DNA of 64,000 bases from the human T2T-CHM13v2.0 reference genome, Homo sapiens, in contig CP068257.2 of assembly GCA_009914755.4 (NCBI GenBank), forward strand, positions 36,672,001 to 36,736,000, in the 5' to 3' direction. Within the stretch, counting starts at the first letter, position 1; each line of letters opens with the position of its first letter. Positions 25,841-40,311 of the stretch are shown in pieces. Under the pieces are notes generated by a model. It ran no database searches, had not been told where the DNA came from, and worked only from the letters and a program-made list of their open reading frames with translations. The position numbers were made by a program, and so were the translations under genes.

Positions 25841-27902
25841 CACGTGTGATCTGATTCTTCCAGTACAGTAGGGCAAGAACCCGGGATACAGAAAGCCCTC
25901 TGTCCTTGTAATGGGGAGTTGTAAACACTCACCCCTAGGTACTGCCATGGGGTTGGAACCCAAACATGCTCCCCGCAACCTCTGCACCTGCTCATCTGCA
26001 TGCTCCCACTATGGGGCTGAACAGTGGGGTTCCAAAGAAGCGAGCAACACCCCTGTTACATGCCCTGCAAGGGGGATAAGGGAACTTCTCCGGTTTCACA
26101 TCCACCTCTCAGAAGGCTGTCCTGACATCATGACCTAGCCTGCCATGCCTCTGGGTAGCATTCCATCTCTGGAGCCAGGCCTTCCAACTGGGCTGCTCCC
26201 AGGCCCTTGCCCACTCTGGTAAGTGGCTCCCCACTGGTTCTTCTGATAAGACCGGGGTGTGGTGAGTGAGATAGGGAGACACTTGCCTCAGGGACAATAT
26301 TTGTGGGTTGCTGAAAAACTCAGTAATCAAGATTCTATTTTAATGGATCAGTAAGAGTGCTTAAAGGAATATTTATAGTTTCGGGTGTTTGAGAAGAAAA
26401 AAAAGGTTTCTTCTCCAGCCTTAAAGAGTCAGAAAAAGAAGAATAAATTGAACCCAAAATAGAAGGAAGAAATCAAGGAAATAGGAAATACACTAACAAG
26501 AGTTCTGTTTCCAGCAAAAAAAAATTATCCTCCCACAGATAACAACTATAAGTGCTGGAAAAATACATAAAACCAACTAACCAAGGACCCTAGAGAGTGA
26601 ACCAAAGCAAGCACACTTCACAGGAGAGTTGAAGTTCACAGGAAGCAGCCAGCATGGGGGAAATTCTCATTTTTTTCAGCTTTACCCTAAGGATAGATGC
26701 AGCTGGCTTGTGTCAGAGGTCAACTAAAGCTCCTGTAAATAGCTCACCATTTTTCTGGCTCATGAAAAAAAAGAGAAGGTCCCAAGGGCAATCAGGGCTA
26801 CTGGAGGGTGGAAGAAATCCAAGAAAGAAGAGCACATGAAATGGGAATCCCTAACTTTGTGCATAAACTCTGGACAAGTCAGTGGGTGACCACCGAACCG
26901 TGCATAGAGAGGGCAGACTGCACCAGTCCAAACTAAGATCATAAATACTATGTAACCACTGGCAAGACCAAGCTTGAAGTTTAACTCTAACAAAGTTTAA
27001 CTCTAACTAGCCCTCTAAGTGAACATCCACATACTTTGTAAAAAGAGAATGGAATTCAGAATCTCTACAACTTATCTTTGACAATGTTCAGGATACAATT
27101 CAAAATTAAAAGACCTATGAAGAACCAGGAAAATGTGGCTTACTCTCAAGAGAAAAGGTAGTCAAGAGAGCCTAACCCTGGGGTGATCCTGATGTTGGAA
27201 TTATTACATAAAGGTTGTAAAATAGCTGTTAAAACTATGCTCAGTGATTTAAAGAAAATATGCAATAAATGAAAACTTAAGAAATCTCACTAAATACATA
27301 GAAACATGAAAAGAACCAAATTAAAATTTTAGAACTGGAAAATAAAATACTTGAAATAAAACTTTTACTGGATGAACTGAACAGCATAATGGAGGTGAAA
27401 GAGGAAAGGATAGGTAAGTTTTAATATAAATCAATAGAATTATCCAAACTAAAGACAAGAAAGAAAAAAAGACTAAAAAAAGTTTGTCAAACACCAGGAA
27501 TCTGCGGTATAATGTTAAATGTACTGGCAAAAAAATCCCAGAAAGAGAATGGGGCAGAAAAAAATATTTGCAAAATAATGACAGAAAATAACCCTCATTT
27601 GGTGAAAGAGAAAGATGCACAGATTCCAGAAACTCAGAGGACCCCAAACAGGAGATGTTGTATTATATCAATATATATAGATTATATATGCAGAAGACCA
27701 TTTTAAAAATAATCAAATCAAACTGCTACAAACCAACAATAAAGAGAAACCTTTGAAGAGAGCAAGAAAAAAATTCTACATTACATGCAGGAGAACAATG
27801 ATTCTAATGATCACAGAATCTGAAAAGAGACCATGGGGTGTAGAAGATAGTAGAACAATATTTTAAAATGTTAAGGGGAAAAAAAAACTTGTCAATTTAG
27901 AT

Positions 27903-28012
27903 TCTATTTCCAGATATATATGTTTGTTTCCAGATATATATATATATGAAATATATATATATTTCTATATATATTTCATATATTTTTCTGAAATATATAT
28001 ATATATATTTCA
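27903..28012. repeat. (TA)n-rich, partly palindromic simple repeat inside the L1
   Basis: ccagatatatatgtttgtttccagatatatatatatatgaaatatatatatatttctatatatatttcatatatttttctgaaatatatatatatatatttcaag. Confidence 0.75.
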
Positions 28013-29477
28013 AGAATGAAGACAAAATGAAGACATTTTCCAAATAACAGAAAACTAAGAAAAATTGTCTCTACAGACCCACAGCACAAAAAATATTAAA
28101 GGAAGATTTTCAGGCTGAAGGGAAATAAAATGTCAGATGGTAACTTTCATCTTCAAGCAGGAAGAAAAAGCGTCAGAAATGGTAAATATCTAGGGAAAAA
28201 CCTGTTTTCTCTTAATTTATTTAAAACACATATGGATATATTTATAATTCTAAAAGTATCTTGTGGATTATACATCTATATGTATGTGGATTATACATAT
28301 ATGTATGTATACACACATAATAGCATAAAGACAGTGGGGTAGTGAATGGATATACACACTTGTAAGATTCTTACATTCATATAAAATGATACAGTTTAAC
28401 TCGAACTAGACTGAAAAGTTAAGAATGAGCATGGGATCTTCAGAGAAAACCACTAGAACTGATAAATTAGTTTAATAAAGTCACATGGTAAAAGATTATT
28501 ATAATCAATTGTATTTTTAAATACCAGCAGCACAAATTTGGAAAATAAAAGCTAAAAATTTATTTATGATAGCTTCAAAAATAAAATATTTAGGAATATA
28601 TTTGACAAGATATATCTACAACTTACAACTGAAAAATACACAACATTACAGAGAGAAACTAAAGAGCACCTAAATACATGGAGAGATAAACCATGCTCAT
28701 AGGTTGGAAGACTCAATGTGGTTAAAATGTCAATTTCCCCAAATTGATTAATAGATTTATTACAATCCCAACCAAAATTTCAACCAGCTGTTTTGGAGAA
28801 ATTATCAAACAGATTCTAAAATGGATGTCACAATACAAAAGACTCAGAATAGCCTAAGATTTTTTTTAAAAGAATCATTTTAGAGGATTTGTACTAATTA
28901 TGTCAACATTTATTGTGAAGGTGTAGTAATCAAGATGGTATGTAATTACAAAAGGGTAGACATTTATCAATGGATCAGAATAGAGTCCAGAAGTAGACCT
29001 ACACATATAATGCCAATTGAATTTTGGTGAACATGCCTGAAAAAAATTCAATGGGGAAAGGAGAGCCTTTCCAGCAATGGTGCTAGAATAACCAAATCTT
29101 CATACGGAAGAAAAAAACACTACAGAGAACCTCACATCACACACAAATTTTAAAAGGGATTGTAGACCTAAATGTATAAGCTAGAAATACAAAACTTCAA
29201 TTATGTTTTGTTATTAGGTATAAGCTAGAAGTACAAAACTTCTTGGGAAAACATACAAACACATTTTTGTGACTTTGGGGTAGGCAAACATTTCTTAAAC
29301 AGGACGTAACTAGTATAAACAAGGAGAAAGATGATCATTGGATTTTATCAAAATTTTTTAAAATTTCCTAAGGGAAACAATTAAGCTAATAAACACAAAC
29401 CACAACATTCGGCAAAACTATATATATATATGACAAAGCACTTGTATCCAGAATATATAAAGAAGTCCTGCAACTGA

Positions 29478-29747
<270 letters not shown>

Positions 29748-30483
29748 ATTGGCAGAAGATTTGAACAGATTCTTCACAAAAAGAAGATATATGAATGGCC
29801 AATAAACATATGAATACATTATTCTACATGATTCGTTGTAGAAATGCAAATTAAAACCACAATGAGATGTCACGATAAACCCATGAACAGAAAATAAAAA
29901 GACTAGCCCAATTGTTAATGGGTACATGGAGCAAACGGAACTCTCGTATACTGCTAAACAGAATACAAAATAGCACAACCACTAAGGAAGACTGACAATT
30001 TCTTAAAAAGTTAAACACACATATTGTAAGACTCAGACATTCCATTCTTAAGCACTACCCAAGTGAAAAGAGAACATCTGTCCACTCAAGGACTTGGTTG
30101 GGCAGTCATCCCTTGGCATCTGAAGGGGATTGGTTCCAGGATCTCCTTCAGATACCAAAATCCAAGGATACTCAAATTCCTTATATCAAATTGTATAACA
30201 TTTGCATATAACCTACATCTATTCTCTTATATACCATCTCTAGATTATTTATAATCATAATACAATGTAAATGCTATGTAAATAGTTGTTTACTATATTT
30301 GATTTTGAAACCTATTATTTTTATTGTTGTATTCTAGTTTGTATTGTTTTGCTATTTATATTTTTGATCCATGGTTGGTTGAACCCACAGACACAGAGGG
30401 CCAACTGTACAATATTGTTCATGGAAGCCTTCTTCATAATAGCCAAAATATCTGTAAACCACCTAAATATTTATCTATTGGTG

Positions 30484-30976
<493 letters not shown>

Positions 30977-32248
30977 TTAATCAGAAGTTGCTTGGGGTCA
31001 GGAGTGGAGGGAGAAATGGACTGAAAGGACCTTGAGCAAACTCTGGGAGCAATGAAAATGTTCTGAATCTTAGTTGCAACGACGATTCACAGGTTTATAC
31101 ATCACTCAAAGCACATCAACCAGGACAGTTTAAATAGATCTTTATCTTACTTTTACCACAATAAATTGGATTTTAAAATTAATGTGCATGCTAATCACTA
31201 GGGAGCTAGTTGAAATGGAATTCTGATCCATTAGATTTGGGAGTTTCCTAAGTTTCCACATGTATTACAAGCTGCCAAGTGATACCCATGCTGATGGTCT
31301 GAGTTCCACACTTAAGAGAAGCTTCAGACTACGATTATTCAATCCCCAAATGATGAAGCCGAGGAGCATTTTATGAATTCTCTTCTCGGGTGTGATTAAC
31401 ATTACCTCTCTCATGCTTTTAGAGCTGTGTCATGTCCCGGAACTTCCCCTGACGCGACATTAATACTCTGTGAGGTTGCTAATAACAATCACATCTGGCA
31501 TTTACAAAGCACACACTAAGTGTTGGGTACCGTTCTTACAGCTGTACATGAATTTACACATTTAATCCTTGATACAAAAGCAGGTACTATTACTATCTCA
31601 TATTGACAAATGTCAAAACAAAAGCCCAGAAAGTTTATGGGACTTGCCCAAGGTCACCCAGCTGATGAGCAGATGAGGTGGATTCAAACCTAAGCATCCC
31701 AAACTCTTAAGCACTGTGCTCTGTGGCTTCTCCTTGGAGGAATTATAATCCTCTGAGTGAGGAAATCTTCCTGCTTTGCCACACTTTATGGAGGGCTTTA
31801 CTGGTTCAACATCAAACATTGTTGATTGAGCACTTGCCATGTGTCAGGGATTTACCCAGGAGTTGGTGGTCTGCTCTGTGCATACTTCCCTGAAAACACA
31901 TATAATCCTTTGCCTACTAACCCAGCATTGGCAGTGCCCACTCTGTGGGTTGTTTGCCAAGAATGCTGACTGTCATTACTTTGCCACCTCCCTCCATTCT
32001 CCCACTGGGGGAGTCACAGGTGAGCAGAAGCAGCCTCATACGTTTCCCTAGTGTCAGAGCCAGAGCTATGAGACAACCAGGCTATGAGCATCTAGGGTTT
32101 TGTTGTGCTTTTGTGATCTCTGACTATCAGAAATATGGAGCGTTGTTCAGATATCCCTGCAACTCGAGGAAATTCATTTAAACTAAAGCATGACAGCTGT
32201 CAGTGAGATGAAAGGTAGAGCTGAATCTGGAGCTCCTTCGTGCAGGCC

Positions 32249-32633
32249 TGTCGTATTATTCCATTCTCATGCTGCTATAAAGAATTACCTGAGACTGGGT
32301 AATTTATAAAGAAAAGAAGTTTAATTGGCTCACAGTTCTGCAGGCTGGACAGGTAGCATGGCTGGGAGGCCTCAGGAAAATTTCAATCATGGCAGAAGGT
32401 GAAGGGGAAGTAGGCACGTCCTACATGGCTGGAGCAGGAGGAAGAGATCGAAAAGAGAAGGGCTACACTCTTTTAAACAACCAGGTCTAGTGAGAACTCA
32501 CTCGCTATCATGAGAACAGCAAGGGGGAAACCTGCCCCTGTGATCCAGTCACTCCCACCAGGCCTCTCCTCCAACACTGGGGATTACAATTCCACACGAG
32601 ATTTGGGCAAGGACAGGAATCCAAACCATATCA
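32249..32633 (-). mobile_element. ERVL-MaLR LTR, THE1/MST-like, minus orientation. Adjacent sequence to the right (32634 to about 33400) may be MaLR internal sequence.
   Basis: TGTCGTATTATTCCATTCTCATGCTGCTATAAAGAATTACCTGAGACTGGGTAATTTATAAAGAAAAGAAGTTTAATTGGCTCACAGTTCTGCAGGCTGGACAGGTAGCATGGCTGGGAGGCCTCAGGAAAATTTCAATCATGGCAGAAGGTGAAGGGGAAGTAGGCACGTCCTACATGGCTGGAGCAGGAGGAAGAGATCG...CACTCGCTATCATGAGAACAGCAAGGGGGAAACCTGCCCCTGTGATCCAGTCACTCCCACCAGGCCTCTCCTCCAACACTGGGGATTACAATTCCACACGAGATTTGGGCAAGGACAGGAATCCAAACCATATCA. This is the reverse complement of the THE1 consensus (TGATATGGTTTGGCTGTGTCCCCACCCAAATCTCATC...CAGTGTGAGAACGGACTAATACA). Confidence 0.75.
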
Positions 32634-34995
32634 CCTGTCAACATTTCCATCTCCTTGACCAAGTGGGAGTGAGAGACTCCTGACCCCTCTCCTGGAATAA
32701 GGATAACATAACCCAGGGCTTCAGAGTTGTGAGCTCCATGTGCTAGCTTGTTGCAGCAAGTCTTGCAGAAGTTGAGTGATGGGGACAGAGACCCAGCAAA
32801 GGCTCTCCTAGGAGAGCTGCATGATGCATTAACAGTGTCCACTACAGTACAGGAGCCTTTCAGGAGAGATATAAGGAGGAGTTTCCTGAGCAGGAAAGTT
32901 GTTGATCACAAGAACAGGTGAGCAATGAAGACAAAACTAAACTGGAGTCACAACAACTCGGATATAAATCCACCCTGAGGCAGGGGACTGGACCCATTGA
33001 GCTGCCAGAGCCCTTATATATCTATAAGTTGACTTCAGAGAGTTTCAAATCCGATAGGACTTTGCAAGTACCATATCGAAGATAAAGAAGCTGATCCAAG
33101 GGAACGTTGGCCAAGCCCACTTTGCAGTTGAGAACAACATGGCTTAAAAACAGCCTGCACAGCTTCCTGGACGTCCCATCACATTTGCCAAATAGCATTT
33201 TGGTGAGCTGAGAATCAACGAATGAGAAACAGATGGATTTAATGTCCCTTGAAATTAGGGATGGGTGAGCCCAGCCACACTGTGGAATTGCTGAATGTCT
33301 CAAACTATTTTTTTCAAGTATCTTTGGTTCAGAAAAACCAAAACCATGGTTTTGCAAAGCACGTTTCCTCTCATTCATATGAGGGTTCGTGTATTTTAAC
33401 GGAAATTTGATCTGCATATTTCAACTTCTTTACACTTCACTTATCAAAATGCTAAATAAAATTTCCAGGAAGTCTGAGAAATATTTATAACTTTTTTTTC
33501 CAAACTATTTTATTTAGGAAAGGAAACAATGGGGAAGTTTGGAAAATCCTACAAAAGAGAAGGTGGGTTCAGGTGGAAGTTCACACTTTTAGGGAGTTCT
33601 ATGTCCCAGAATTACGCACATGTTAGGTGTGCAGTCACAATGTGCTCAACGAGTATATTTGAAAATCTCTTGAAAAGTGAGGGGAAAGGTGGGAAAGTTC
33701 AATAAGGACAAGCTTGAGGAAAGGCTGAAAAATACAACATAATTTAAAATAGCTTCTCATCTCTAATAGCCAGGCAGTGTATTCCTAGCAGCCATAAATC
33801 TAATGACGCAGAACTATAGCATTCTTGTATCATCCACCAGCATGAACTCCACCATTCAGATGTCTTTTCTCTTTATAAGACTTGTGATAAAGGTGCTTAT
33901 AGGATGCTCATGAGTGGAGGGATGGCAAGAGGAGAGGGTAGAAGAAATGCACCACAGAGGGTGGGTGGGAGCAGGCGGTGGAGTGAGTGCCCAGCGCCAT
34001 CTTTGTTTTAGAGAATGACTCTGACCACAGACTTATGTGTGAGCCCTGAAGAGCTGTTTCTACTTAAAGCTTAGCTTTCGGTTCCAGAGGACCAAGTAAG
34101 ACACAAGCGGGAGAGACGCAGTCATCCCATCTCTCAGGGAGCTCAGTCTGTTTGTATTGTGCTGGAAGCACAGTGCTTGCTCATCACCGACAGGCAGACT
34201 TCTGCTCATAGTGTCATTGGCAGAGAGTGCAGCAATGGACACTGCCCAAAAGGAGAGAAGAAGGAAAAGGCAACTCCTTGTGGTATCTGATTACGTTTGT
34301 CTCAAATGCCCAGGAGACATTCCCTGGGGATTCCCAGAAAAGCAATTTAAGATGGGGATTTGACAGGGAGCAATAATAATTATTGATACAATCTGAAGAA
34401 TAATGTTTATTACGATGAATATGCTTCTCATTTAAATCCCCAGGCTGGTGCAGGAAGCACAAACATGGATTACATATCTCTTTAAAGCCATGTATTTTCT
34501 GGCTTTTAAATTAGAAAACCCAAGTAGGGTTGTGTGGCAGTGACAATAGGAGTTGTCAAATATTCCTGGGACTCCCCCACATTTCCCAGCAGCCTTCCAG
34601 GTAGTTAGGTTGGTGGCAGTGATTGATCTGGGCCAACAGGGTGTGGGCATGAATGATGTGTGGCATTTTCTGACCAAGATAGTCAATTCTTCCATTCCTC
34701 CCTCCCCTCCTCAGAGATCTTGGTCTACAATTTGCCCAGATGTTTTAGCTAAACTGGACTTCTCACAAAGGAGAACTGAGCTTTTACTCTGTTAAACCAC
34801 GGTGATTTGGCGGGGGCGAGGGTGGGGGGTCTTGTTTGTTACAGTGGCTAGTGTTAACTAGCCTGATTAACACAAGCGTTAACTAGACTAATACAGGTTG
34901 TAAACTTACAACCTGTCATTATGATACCCTGATAGTAATAAAGCTGGTGGTTTGGGGTAAGATTCTCAGAAGTTTTTGAGAATATAGTAGTGCCT

Positions 34996-35612
34996 TATAT
35001 TAGTAATCTACTGCTGTATTAAAAACTACCTTAAGAGGTAGTAGTTTAAAACAACAAGCATTTATTATCTCAAAGTTTTTGACGGTCAGGAATTTTGGAG
35101 TGGCTTAGGTAGGTGGCTCTGACTCAAAGTGTTTCATGAAGTGCAGTCAAAATGCTGGCAGGAGCTGCAGTTATCCAAAGGCTTGATTGGGGCTGGAGAA
35201 TGCATTGCTCATATAGGAGCCCTCAATTTATTGCTGGTTTCTGGCTGGAGTTCTCATTTCCTCATCAGATGCTCCTCTTTGTAACGATTCTCAGGCAAGG
35301 GAAGCTAGCATCATTCAGACAGAGTAATCCAAGAGAGAAAGCAAACAGGAAACCACAGAATCTTTTATTGCCTAGTATCTCATGTTGCTTCCTCCCCCAC
35401 CTATTCATTAACAGTAAGTCACTCAGTCTAGCCACACTCAAGAAGAGGAGAATAGGTTACAGCTTTTCAAGAGGGTTTCAAAGAATTTGTGAACAGATTT
35501 TAAACTACCCCAGAGTGGGTACACCCCATTACCCCAGAGTGGGTTTGTAGGTAGCTAAGGGGGTAGAATGGTGGGTGGCACCTAAGGTGGGGGGTTCAGT
35601 GACCCAACATAA
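34996..35612 (-). mobile_element. ERVL-MaLR LTR, MLT1-type (long subfamily), minus orientation
   Basis: TTATATTAGTAATCTACTGCTGTATTAAAAACTACCTTAAGAGGTAGTAGTTTAAAACAACAAGCATTTATTATCTCAAAGTTTTTGACGGTCAGGAATTTTGGAGTGGCTTAGGTAGGTGGCTCTGACTCAAAG... This parallels the reverse complement of the MLT1 3' end (TGTATTAGTTTGCTAGGGCTGCCATAACAAAGTACCACAGACTGGGTGGCTTAAACAACAGAAATTTATTTTCTCACAGTTCTGGAGGC). The right end GGTTCAGTGACCCAACATAAA resembles the reverse complement of TGTTATGGGTTGAATT. ORF 35152-35550 lies inside. Confidence 0.5.
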
Positions 35613-38600
35613 ATCAGGCTAATAGAGTGTAATGGTGTGACTGCTCCTATCTTACATTATTCCTTAATCTCAACAGCGGATGAAGGGAACCCAGCCAATT
35701 CTCTTCAAGCAGCCTGGACTGGGCCCCTGACAAGCATCTGCATATGGAGATGCCAAGGTAATTTGAGATGGGGATTTTCTACAGGGAGCACAGAGAAATT
35801 CCTGGTTGCTTACCTCTGTGCATAGACATGATGCAGAGGAAATGAACTCTCATGAAACAGGACATTGTGCCGTAACCAGGCTTGCCCTGGCTGTATAGGG
35901 AGGTGAGTTCCGGCATTGTCCTCTGACATAGCCCCCTCCTCCCAACCTCCCAGCTTGCCCGGCGCTACATAGTGTGCTAATTGCTGATAGAAACCCTGGG
36001 AGTTTGCAGAGGAGGATAAGATAGATCCTACAGAAAGAGAAATTCTTCCCTTTGCATAAAACCTGTGCAAATGAAGCTGATCTTGATCTTAGCCCATGGC
36101 AGGGAATGGCAGTAACACTGGAAATATTGGCTTTGTGAAGGCTGGAATTTTTCATCTTTCCTCCTATATTCATAGTGCCTATATAAGTGTGCACTAAATA
36201 AAAAGCACCTTGCTGGTATTTTTTAATTAATTGAATGAGCTAGCATTTACCATGGAAGAAGGTGTGGTGGCATAAGAGGGTGACAGGAGTTCTAGGTCTC
36301 ATAGGTTCCTGATGCCAGAAAATTCACCAGCCCAGCCATACTGATGGCAGCCTTGCACCCTGAGGAAATGGTTGTGTGAGTTCCTATGAAACAATAACAT
36401 TGGGATCTAATCCAATTATGATATGACCCACTCTTGGCTGAGCCCAAAGTGGGATCTGCACCATGGGGCAGGGAAAGGACCAGAGATAAAGGCTCAGTTT
36501 ATGCCACTCCTTCTCAGGCTGATGGTGTTTACTTGCATAGCCATAAAAAGCAGCCACTGGGGACAGTGGGAGAGTGTGGTAAAGCTGGACATATTGCATT
36601 AGCTTGCTAATCACTATTAGCAGCAGTGAGAATGGGACATTTCCTTAGACTCCCCGGATTTGGACAGCAACAGCAGGTTCTGGGGCCACAGTGGTGGTAC
36701 AACAGAGCTCCCCTGAGCCGCCAGTGTCCAGAATGTGAAGTCCTCTAGCCTAGGGGGAACATAGCTTCTCCTACTAGGAACTGATAAGGAGGAGCCACAG
36801 CTCAGCAATGGGAAGGGTAGACTTCTTTCTCATCTTGGCATGGGCTTCCCTGGTTGAAACACCAGACTGGTGAAGCATGACATACTGGTTTGAGTTAGTT
36901 TTATTTTATCTTTAAGAGGAATTTTAACTGGACTATCACCCCCAGGAAATGTTTCATGTAAAGAATAGCCAAGAAGGCCATAGATTCCATCCCACCAATG
37001 ACACACAGCAACTGACCATTCACCCCCATATCCTGCACTGGATTTTCCATATGGCCAACTCAAGTACACATATTGCTTTACCAAGTGATGCTCATCTTTG
37101 CCTGCAATTACCACCGTGATTACATTTCTCCTCATTAGCCTAGATGGGAGGGTGCAGGGAAGGATGGTTGGATCAGGAGATCTAGTTACCATACTCCGAC
37201 GCTGAATTTGCTGGGTGGCTCTGCTCAAGTCAGTTGACCCATCTGTGCCTCCTCTCGTGGCCCTTGTTCAGATATGCAGTGATTCCATGACTGATTTTCA
37301 GTGTTGGTCTCAAGCATGTAGCTGCCACTTGGTGCAGAGCATTAGCATATCTTTGTAATTGCTAATGAGGGAAACAAAATTCCAGAAAAGCTGTTTGGAG
37401 GAACCTAAGAATAACACTATGAGCTAAGCATTCTGCCCAAACAAATTTTGTTAAAAGAAAACCAAATTATTATCCTTTTGCAAAATAATAGCAATAATGG
37501 CCTTAACTAACATTTGCCAGGCTCTAAATATGTATCTTGTGGTGTCTAAATATTTTACACATTGTTTTCATTCCCTCCTGTTCACCCCATTGGTGAGGGA
37601 GACATTCCACACTAGAATTATGAGGATGACCAAACACATTACACTCGATGCTTAACAGATGCGATTGACGGCAGTTATTATTCACATACACTCGCAGCTT
37701 GGGAGAGGTGAACACAGCATGGGATGCTGGCCATACAGGGGTTGCCCTCAGGAGCAGGGTGAACAGGCAGGGGCTGTGGGTGGCAAGCTTTGTAGCAACA
37801 AGAGGGTGAGGTGCTCCCTGGTTCCTGCAGGAGAATGTGATGGGCTTTGAACAATTCCGAGGTTAGCAGGAAACTGATACCCACTACTCAGGGATAAGTA
37901 GGAGCTGTGCCTGGTCCACTTGATAAGGTGGGTTGCTTGACTGGAGCCTTATCTGCAAGAGTAGAATGGAGAGAGGCTCTTGTGGGTAGGTCAGTAGAGG
38001 TACTGCTGATTTGACCAGATTTGAAGGCAGCACACTATACCACGCCTCAATTTCAGCCTTTACATGACACACACATCGTATTATTTCATCATCGCAACAC
38101 TCCTATGAAATATCATTAAGCCTTTTTACAGATCATGAAATTGAGGCTTAAATGAGGCCAAGCAAATTGCCCAGTGTTTGCTAGCTGGCAAGTGGCTGAG
38201 CTGGTATTCAAAGCCAGGTTTGTTACTCTCAGAGTCTGACCTCATAAGCAACTGTGGACAGGTAGATGTAACAACCCATCTTAGACATGAATCAAGAAAA
38301 AAGAAGGACAAGGGGGGAACACCCTACCCCAAATAACCAGAGAGCTCAACTTAAACACACACAGTCTTTTGTTCTGTCCACCATGTGACCTCCTGAGTCC
38401 CACGCTACCTTCCACAAGGCAGCTGGGTTAATAAAGCCACCTCAGTGACCATTAACAGCAGCAGCTCTGCCTCACACTTTAATCAGTGGTCCCTGAAGTG
38501 CTTACAAGCCCAGCTGCTCGGGACACACTTTTGATTCTACAGCCTGGAGGAAGAGAAACCATCCAAGCAGATCAACCATTTCCCAGGTGCTTCAAATTCC

Positions 38601-38920
38601 CAAGGTCAGAGACGGCACCAGTCAGTCATCCTTTTGCATGTGGATGTTGGGTATGTCAAAGGGACTTGATGTTCTGGAATAAATTCCTTTACACAGAAAA
38701 GAGGCTTTAGATCTCTTTCAGTCCAAAACCTTCATTTTATGGTTAAAGAAAGTAAAGTGGCCTCCCCAAGGTCACAAAGTTGGTTAGGGCAGAACCTGCT
38801 TGGATCCCTTCCCTAAACCCTTTCCCAACTTCCTCCTCCCATGCACACCTCCCACTCTCAAGTGGAAGAAAGGAGAAACTCTCTTCCTCAGCACCCTTTG
38901 CAGTTAGGCTGACCATGTGA

Positions 38921-39337
<417 letters not shown>

Positions 39338-39770
39338 TTAAAAAAAAGAAAGAAAGAAAGAAAGAAAGCATGGCGAAAGAGCTCTCTCACCATCCTCTCC
39401 AACCTCTACCTCCTATAAGAGCCAGTGAAGGACCTGAGGCTTGAAACCAGAGGTGTCTTTTAGCCATGAGGGAAAGTTCAGAGATGCGGACACAGCAACT
39501 CAGCCTCATGTGGCTGCTAAATCAACCCCCAAACTGCCCTTCCTGACTCCTCATTTCAGTAACAATTAATCCAAGTTTAAACCACTGTTAGTCATGTTTT
39601 CTCTTTGCAGCCAAACACCCTCCTCTGAGCAGCAGTCACTAGAGTTAGGCAGTGGGTGAATACCCAGAAATGTCACTCAGTAGCAACCAGACCCAGGGCA
39701 AGAAACTTTTCTCTGTCTCAGTTTCCTTTTTTGGAAAATGGGCATATATTTTTACAGAGGTGCTGTAAAG

Positions 39771-40311
39771 TAGTGCTCCCCAACCTTTTTGGAACCAGGG
39801 ACTGGTTTCGTGGAAGACAATTTTCCCATGGACCAGGGGTGTGGGGGTGGGGGAAGGTTTCAGGATGACTCAAGTGCATTACTTTTATTGTTCACTTTAT
39901 TCCTATTATTACATTGTAATATATAATGAAATAATTATACAACTCACCAAAATGTAGAATCAGTGGGAGCCCTGAGCTTGTTTTCCTGCAACTAGTCAGT
40001 CACACCTGGGGGTGATGGGAGACAGTGACAGATCCTAAGGCATAAGATTCTCATAAGCAGCATGCAACCTAGACCCCTTCCATGTGCAGTTCTAAATAGA
40101 GTTTGCTATGAGAATCTAATGCCGCCACTGATTTGACAGCAGGTGGAGCTCAGGCAGTAATGTGAGCAAGGGGGTGGGGGACGACTGTAAATAGAGATAA
40201 AGCTTCCCTCGCTCACCCATCATTCACCTCCTCCTGTGTGGCCTGGTTACTAAGAGTCCAGGACTGGTACCCATCTGTGGCCCGGCAGGGGGGAGTGGTT
40301 GGGGACCCCTG
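39771..40311. mobile_element. Non-autonomous DNA transposon (hAT-type), about 541 bp, with terminal inverted repeats and a perfect 8-bp TSD CTGTAAAG
   Basis: Left terminus TAGTGCTCCCCAACCTTTTTGGAACCAGGGACTGGTTTCGTGGAAGACAATTTTCCCATGGACCAGGGGTGTGGGGGTGGGGGAAGGTTTCAGGATGACTCAAGTGCATTAC... Internal palindromic core GATCCTAAGGCATAAGATTCTCATAAGCAGCATGCAACCTAGACCCCTTCCATGTGCAGTTCTAAATAGAGTTTGCTATGAGAATCTAATGCCGCC. Right terminus ...GGCCTGGTTACTAAGAGTCCAGGACTGGTACCCATCTGTGGCCCGGCAGGGGGGAGTGGTTGGGGACCCCTG. The ends are reverse complements of each other (CAGGGGTCCCCAACC type). The 8-bp direct repeat CTGTAAAG occurs at 39763-39770 and 40312-40319, the TSD size typical of hAT elements. ORF 39656-39868 is an artefact. 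Confidence 0.65.
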
